Assembly: GCA_965204375.1 (NCBI GenBank)
Contig: OZ241986.1
Location: 2,432,001-2,496,000 of the forward strand
Source: Candidatus Latescibacterota bacterium
GTDB taxonomy: Bacteria; Latescibacterota; UBA2968
Reading direction: 5' to 3'
DNA length: 64,000 bases
Under the pieces are notes generated by a model, which saw nothing but the letters and a program-made list of their open reading frames with translations, was not told the origin of the DNA and did no database searches. Of the stretch, positions 59,271-64,000 are shown in pieces. The position numbers and the translations under genes were made by a program. How positions within the stretch are numbered: position 1 is the first letter of the stretch; each line of letters opens with the position of its first letter.

Positions 59271-60356
59271 TCATGTTTCGTTTTCTTGCGAAATTGGCTG
59301 TTCAGGATAGAACTGCCGACAATATCGACGGTATTTCCCTATGGGGCCGTCAGCCCGACACAGCCTGGGAGGAGACCGATACTGCTTCCTTTCCCAGATC
59401 ACCACATCCTGCCGGACATCCCGTTTCTGTTGTGACATCAAAAAGCGATTCATCAGCCTGTGGCGCAGCTTCATCGGCAGAAACCCCAGACCTGAGATGA
59501 ATCGCCGGGGCTTGCGGATCTCCCGCAGTTGGCTGACCAGTACAAGATCGATGAGGGTGCCGTCAATGGGCGTTGCAAGTACCCACAATCTCGCATTCAT
59601 ATCGATAGTCTTCTCGTGAATTTCGACGAAGGAGTAGCCCAGTCCATAGACGTGGGTGATGGCCGAGGTTTCGTACACGAGATCCTTTACACCCAGGATC
59701 TTGCGAACGCGTTTGAAGTCGAAGCAACTCTTCAAATAGGCACCATCTACCGTTACCGAACCGATCGGATTCACATTGTCGTAACCATGCACGTAGGCCA
59801 GATGTCCCAGATCCACGGAGTTCTCTGTCGTTTCCTGGGGATGGCCTCGGAATCGGAGGGTGTGGGATCGCAATTCGGACCACTCCGCGTCCTCCGTCGG
59901 TTTAGCTGGCAACTCCCACTGCGGCGGCCGACCGCCACTCCCAAACCAGGCGAAAACCATGCCGAGGATCTCTCTGATCTCATATACTTTCAGTCTCGCG
60001 GCTTTGGGAGCCGGGGCGTTCGGAGTCGCAACGCATTGGCCGGTCGTATCGTACTCAAACCCGTGAAACGGACAGACGAGGCGACCGTTGCATACCTGGC
60101 CGCCGACCTCCGGCCCCAGGTGCGAGCCCAGGTGCGGACATACCGCGTCGGCCACACAGACACGGCCTGCTTCGTCGCACCAGACGACGATTTCTTCTCC
60201 CAGCCACGTCTTCTCGATCAGTTTCTCTCGCAGAATGGATTCGCGACTTGCGACGAAATACCACCCATCGGGGAACGGCGGTAGCGCACCCGCGTCATTC
60301 ATGGCCGGTTGATCAGTACTTCTGGCTCGTAAATCCGCAGATTCTGTCAAAGACAT
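59271..60356 (-). CDS. Rieske non-heme iron oxygenase, KshA/Neverland (steroid 9-hydroxylase / 7-desaturase) type
   Basis: CPHLG...CPFHG, ENSVDLGHLAYVH, QDVVIWERK, DGPI..YRR...QFY. Confidence 0.82.
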   Translation of the reverse strand: MSLTESADLRARSTDQPAMNDAGALPPFPDGWYFVASRESILREKLIEKTWLGEEIVVWCDEAGRVCVADAVCPHLGSHLGPEVGGQVCNGRLVCPFHGFEYDTTGQCVATPNAPAPKAARLKVYEIREILGMVFAWFGSGGRPPQWELPAKPTEDAEWSELRSHTLRFRGHPQETTENSVDLGHLAYVHGYDNVNPIGSVTVDGAYLKSCFDFKRVRKILGVKDLVYETSAITHVYGLGYSFVEIHEKTIDMNARLWVLATPIDGTLIDLVLVSQLREIRKPRRFISGLGFLPMKLRHRLMNRFLMSQQKRDVRQDVVIWERKQYRSPPRLCRADGPIGKYRRYCRQFYPEQPISQENET

Positions 60357-60479
60357 AAAGATCTCATCCTCAGGAGTTTCCCAAAGGCACCCTGAACAGC
60401 GCCGATGTTATGAGATATCCCCATGCAAAATCACCGAAATCTATAAGCCATTTACGGCAGGTGGACAAGGTGAAAGATT

Positions 60480-62831
60480 TTATATTCCAAATCCGCCGCG
60501 TCGGTGCTCAAACTTTATTTGCGGGATGTCCTTAATATTGATCTTAAAAAAGAACCCCTTATTAAAACCCGCGGGATACCACGAAAATCGCGCTTCCCAA
60601 CAGTGCAGGTCGCGGTAAAGCGATAGGCTTTGCGCCGAGATTTTGGCATCGGGTAGAACATCGATATTGATCGAATAGTCAATTCTTATAAATTGGCGAG
60701 GATTGATACCAACATCTGCTTTGATCCAAGATGTTTTGCTCGTTGTATTGCCGAACCGCCGCATCGCAATATAGTGCGAAAGATTGAATCGCCACGGCTG
60801 GCTGGCACCGCCGAAATCGCTGTACAGATCGCGTTCAAAGCCAAAATCTGCGCCATATCCCCCCCTGTATCCACCACCATACCCATCGTCATATCCGCCG
60901 TCATATCCATCAGCAATAGCGGACTGTATAACCCTATTGCCTCGTTCACCTTGACCACCAGAAAAACGGAAATTGGAGGTAATAGTCAGGTTCTGCATGC
61001 GCGGATGCAAAAGCGACCGCTGGCCTGTACTGTCATAGAGCGTATGGGTCATCGCAATGCGGACATCCACGCGGCGATCGGGTTTGAGAGACGCGCTGGT
61101 GCGAAGTGGACGCCATTTTTGTCTCGGCGCGTTAAAATCGTACCCCATTGACAGATTGAGAGTCGCCAGAGTAAAGCGACGCACATCGTCGTCGCGCTGA
61201 GTTTTGAGTTCAAAAGTATTGCCAATATTAAAATTTATGCTGCGTCTGGCATCGTCCCATCTGCGATTGCCTCCAAACCCCATTGTTCCTTGAAAGATGC
61301 TTCCCGATTGGTTGTAATTGAAATTGAGCCGGGGCTGAAAGCGATGCCGAATGCCGCGCAACCGACCAATTTGCGGTTGGAATATGCCGTATAATGTCGT
61401 ACCCGAAGACAGTGCCGCGTTGTAAGACGTGCGTCGGGTTGTAGAATCGGTATCGCTATATATAAATTCTTCGCCAAAATTAAAGCCCGGCGTGAGATCG
61501 AGCCAGCCCAGGGGGCGGTGTTGGCTGTTGACGGTGACGCGATTTTGAAGAGAGACGCGCTCCGTATTGGGCGCAGGATCGGGATTGCGCGCAAAGTTAT
61601 TCGACAAGGTGCTCGAAAAACCGTAATAAAAGGCGCGATACCACGGTCCTGTAGCAGATGTCATTTCATTGTCGCCAAATATGCGGCGTCTATTTTGCCG
61701 AAAGCTGAGGCGGGGAAAGCCCTGAAAGCTATTATTTTTTGTCCTCAGGTCGCGGTAATACGTCAGACTACCATCAATGCTACGCCCGGATTCTGTCCAG
61801 CGTTTATCAAAAGAAAAACTGGACCTCAGTTGCCGATTGAGATAGCGATAGAGATTATTGCTATTGCGTCGGTCAAAGTAGGTACTGGTCGAAAACTGCC
61901 CGCTCCCCCTGATATTGGTCGTGGCGTTGATGCGTTGCTGGTGTTGCAAATTAAAGCGCCAATTGTGAGCCGTCGCATCGCCAGAGGTATCGTGGTCATA
62001 TCCGATATCCATTGAGCCGCTAAACCGATTGCGCCTGGCATAGGCAAATCGCGATTCGAGCAAAAATCCACCGCGCTCGCGCAAAGTGCTCTTAACCGTG
62101 GCATCCCAGTATTCACTCGGCGCAAAATAATATCCCAAATTGTGAACAAAAATGCCATCTCGGCTGTTACTACCCACGCCTGGCGTGAGCAAACCCGATT
62201 GCCGCCCACGCTTGACTGGAAAAACGAAAAAGGGAACCCAGAAAACGGGAATCGGGCCAATGCGAAAGGTGACAGACCGCCCAATCGCTTTGTCGTCTTG
62301 CAAAATACGCACATTTTTGCACAAAAAATCGTAGTGTGCATGGTCGCGATCACAGGTACTCAAAGAGAGATTCAGTGCATTCAGTGCTTTTAGACCGTCG
62401 AGTGCAATACGGGCACCGCGATAGTGTTTGCGCTGATGTGACGCGCGTCCATCTCGCACGCTACCGCGTTCTGTATCGAGGTCATAGACCATGTACTCAC
62501 CCGATATTTTCTCGCTACCGCGGGTAAATTGGGGTGGTCCCACGGTTTTTGCCCCGGTGGAATCGGGCAATGCGCGTGCTGTGACGTGCCGGGTGTTTTG
62601 ATCGTACGTGATATGACCGGCTTTGAGTTGCAGATCGCGATAGCGCAAGGTGGCATTGCCGGCCAATTCCACGCGCCTGGCCTGCACATGATAAACGACC
62701 TCGTCGGCATCAAACACTATAGAATCGCCAGCGGCTTTTTGCGGCAAAACGGGTTGGCACCACCCCGGCGCAATCGCAAATAACAGGAACAAAACGGGCC
62801 ACACGGCTTGTGTTTTATTGTAGATATACAT
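60480..62831 (-). CDS. lptD: LPS-assembly protein LptD (putative)
   Basis: Signal peptide; OstA-like N-domain; STC, R.SGLL.P, GYYFA.SEYWD; C-terminal RDLHCWE. Confidence 0.85.
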   Translation of the reverse strand: MYIYNKTQAVWPVLFLLFAIAPGWCQPVLPQKAAGDSIVFDADEVVYHVQARRVELAGNATLRYRDLQLKAGHITYDQNTRHVTARALPDSTGAKTVGPPQFTRGSEKISGEYMVYDLDTERGSVRDGRASHQRKHYRGARIALDGLKALNALNLSLSTCDRDHAHYDFLCKNVRILQDDKAIGRSVTFRIGPIPVFWVPFFVFPVKRGRQSGLLTPGVGSNSRDGIFVHNLGYYFAPSEYWDATVKSTLRERGGFLLESRFAYARRNRFSGSMDIGYDHDTSGDATAHNWRFNLQHQQRINATTNIRGSGQFSTSTYFDRRNSNNLYRYLNRQLRSSFSFDKRWTESGRSIDGSLTYYRDLRTKNNSFQGFPRLSFRQNRRRIFGDNEMTSATGPWYRAFYYGFSSTLSNNFARNPDPAPNTERVSLQNRVTVNSQHRPLGWLDLTPGFNFGEEFIYSDTDSTTRRTSYNAALSSGTTLYGIFQPQIGRLRGIRHRFQPRLNFNYNQSGSIFQGTMGFGGNRRWDDARRSINFNIGNTFELKTQRDDDVRRFTLATLNLSMGYDFNAPRQKWRPLRTSASLKPDRRVDVRIAMTHTLYDSTGQRSLLHPRMQNLTITSNFRFSGGQGERGNRVIQSAIADGYDGGYDDGYGGGYRGGYGADFGFERDLYSDFGGASQPWRFNLSHYIAMRRFGNTTSKTSWIKADVGINPRQFIRIDYSINIDVLPDAKISAQSLSLYRDLHCWEARFSWYPAGFNKGFFFKINIKDIPQIKFEHRRGGFGI

Positions 62832-63030
62832 AATTTTTAGAAATGTTTGCGGATTTTTTGGAGTACAAACGTAAATTCGAGGATTGGAAAAGTCAACAGG
62901 GGTTCCACGACGGAACCACTGGATTAATGCTTGGCTTCCTATCCTCTATAAAGAAGAAAATACCTCAATGGTTCCGTTTTTATTGATATATTTCAGCGGA
63001 ACCTGTATCTTTACTTTTCGCGGCAAATAT

Positions 63031-63117
63031 GCGGACGTGGTGGAATTGGCAGACACGCCAGATTTAGGATCTGGTGGGGTAAAACCCGTGGGGGTTCGAG
63101 TCCCCCCGTCCGCACCA
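63031..63117 (+). tRNA. tRNA-Leu (anticodon TAG)
   Basis: GCGGACG/CGTCCGC acceptor stem, CCAGA-TTTAGGA-TCTGG anticodon arm, long variable arm, GTTCGAG T-loop, encoded CCA. Confidence 0.97.
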
Positions 63118-63165
63118 AAGAACAATCAGACGATGCGAGGCCCCACTCCTTGAATCGCTGGCGCG

Positions 63166-63190
63166 AAAACTCCCTTTGGGGAGCTTTTTT
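63166..63190 (+). terminator. Probable intrinsic terminator after tRNA-Leu
   Basis: CTCCC-tttg-GGGAG followed by a T-tract. Confidence 0.55.
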
Positions 63191-63242
63191 ATTTATTTAA
63201 CAGATCCGATAACAATAAAAACAATGTGAAAGCGAGGAATTT

Positions 63243-64000
63243 GTGGCAGCATTTTTGAATCACGATCAAGTAAGAGCAATTCGAGCGGAATTTGGCACCC
63301 CGGTTTATGTTTACGACCAGCGTACGCTGGAAGCACAGGCCAAGGCAGTGTTAAACTTCCCCAATGCCTTTGGACTTACTGCGCGCTATGCGATGAAAGC
63401 ATTGCCCAACAGCACCGTAATTCGCATCTTAACGCAAAAGGGATTGCACATCGACGCCAGCAGTGGATATGAAGCCGAGCGCGCCATGCGGGCCGGTGTG
63501 CCTGGCCATCACATCATGCTTACGGCACAGCAGATACCAAAAAATTTGAAATACTTGATCGATCGTGGTGTGATTTTTAATGCGTGTTCCCTGAATCAGT
63601 TACAAACATTTGGTGAGCTTTTTCCAGGGCACCCCCTCTCCGTGCGTATCAATCCCGGCATGGGATCTGGGCACAGCAAGCGCACCAATGTGGGGGGACC
63701 TGCGGCGAGTTTTGGAATCTGGCATGAATATATCTCCGATATCCATAAAATTTGTAAACAGCGCGATTTGACAATAACGACCATGCACACGCATATCGGA
63801 TCGGGCAGCGATCCCGAAGTGTGGGAGCGAGTCGCGTTGATGTCATTGAAAATTTGCGTTGGATTTGAAAACACCACCACATTGAGCCTGGGGGGTGGGT
63901 ACAAGATTGGGCGCATACCGGGCGAAGTATCGACGGATTTGCAGGTAATCGGACAACATGTGGCCGAAGCCTTTGAAATGACTGCGAGACAAACCGGACG
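63243..64000 (+). CDS. lysA: Diaminopimelate decarboxylase, 5' part (runs off the window; absent from the ORF track)
   Basis: Manual translation from GTG 63243: MAAFLNHDQVRAIRAEFGTPVYVYD...YAMKA...DASSGYE...RINPG...HTHIGSG...LGGG. Confidence 0.9.
   Translation, partial: MAAFLNHDQVRAIRAEFGTPVYVYDQRTLEAQAKAVLNFPNAFGLTARYAMKALPNSTVIRILTQKGLHIDASSGYEAERAMRAGVPGHHIMLTAQQIPKNLKYLIDRGVIFNACSLNQLQTFGELFPGHPLSVRINPGMGSGHSKRTNVGGPAASFGIWHEYISDIHKICKQRDLTITTMHTHIGSGSDPEVWERVALMSLKICVGFENTTTLSLGGGYKIGRIPGEVSTDLQVIGQHVAEAFEMTARQTG

Larger units (their letters stand above)
50150..60440. mobile_element. Horizontally acquired ~10.3-kb insertion (sterol-tailoring/RND cassette), no mobility genes seen
   Basis: Visibly higher GC and codon shift; interrupts the lptD-dtd-maf run; bounded by duplicated lptD sequence. 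Confidence 0.65.

Noticed and set aside
62884-63153. 89-aa ORF
   Set aside because: Overlaps tRNA-Leu.
1-64000. CRISPR array, prophage, IS transposase, rRNA
   Set aside because: No regularly spaced repeats, phage structural genes, transposase motifs or rRNA-like sequence recognised by eye.

Overview
Bacterial chromosome window with a diderm envelope (LptD, Omp85 proteins, TonB-dependent receptor). It has three parts. (1) About 0.9-19.4 kb is a defence island with no integrase. It holds a type I R-M system with a half-size HsdS and a complete BilABCD ubiquitin-like (ISG15-like) operon. Directly upstream of Bil is an unusual regulatory module: an ECF-type sigma factor, a putative anti-sigma/HTH protein and an ImmA/IrrE-peptidase/UvrD-helicase/degenerate-nuclease fusion, divergent from a CapH/CapP-like XRE-peptidase pair. 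An identical bipartite motif (GCTTTCCG-N17-CGATTAA, minus strand) lies about 60 nt upstream of both the sigma gene and bilA, which suggests a dedicated sigma factor switches Bil on. Toxin-antitoxin debris follows. (2) About 19.6-50 kb is mostly housekeeping: M6P isomerase, prlC, MscS, an internally deleted sensor kinase, two Omp85 fusions, sulfatases, glyA with a ZMP/ZTP riboswitch, priA, maf and dtd. (3) About 50.2-60.4 kb is a GC-richer insertion between dtd and lptD, flanked by a degenerate duplicate of lptD. It encodes an RND exporter, a GPP34/GOLPH3-cytochrome P450 fusion, a sterol C24-methyltransferase, an FAD oxidoreductase and a KshA/Neverland-type Rieske oxygenase, which looks like a sterol-tailoring cassette. 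The window ends with lptD, tRNA-Leu(TAG) and the start of lysA. All calls come from reading motifs by eye; no database searches were run.
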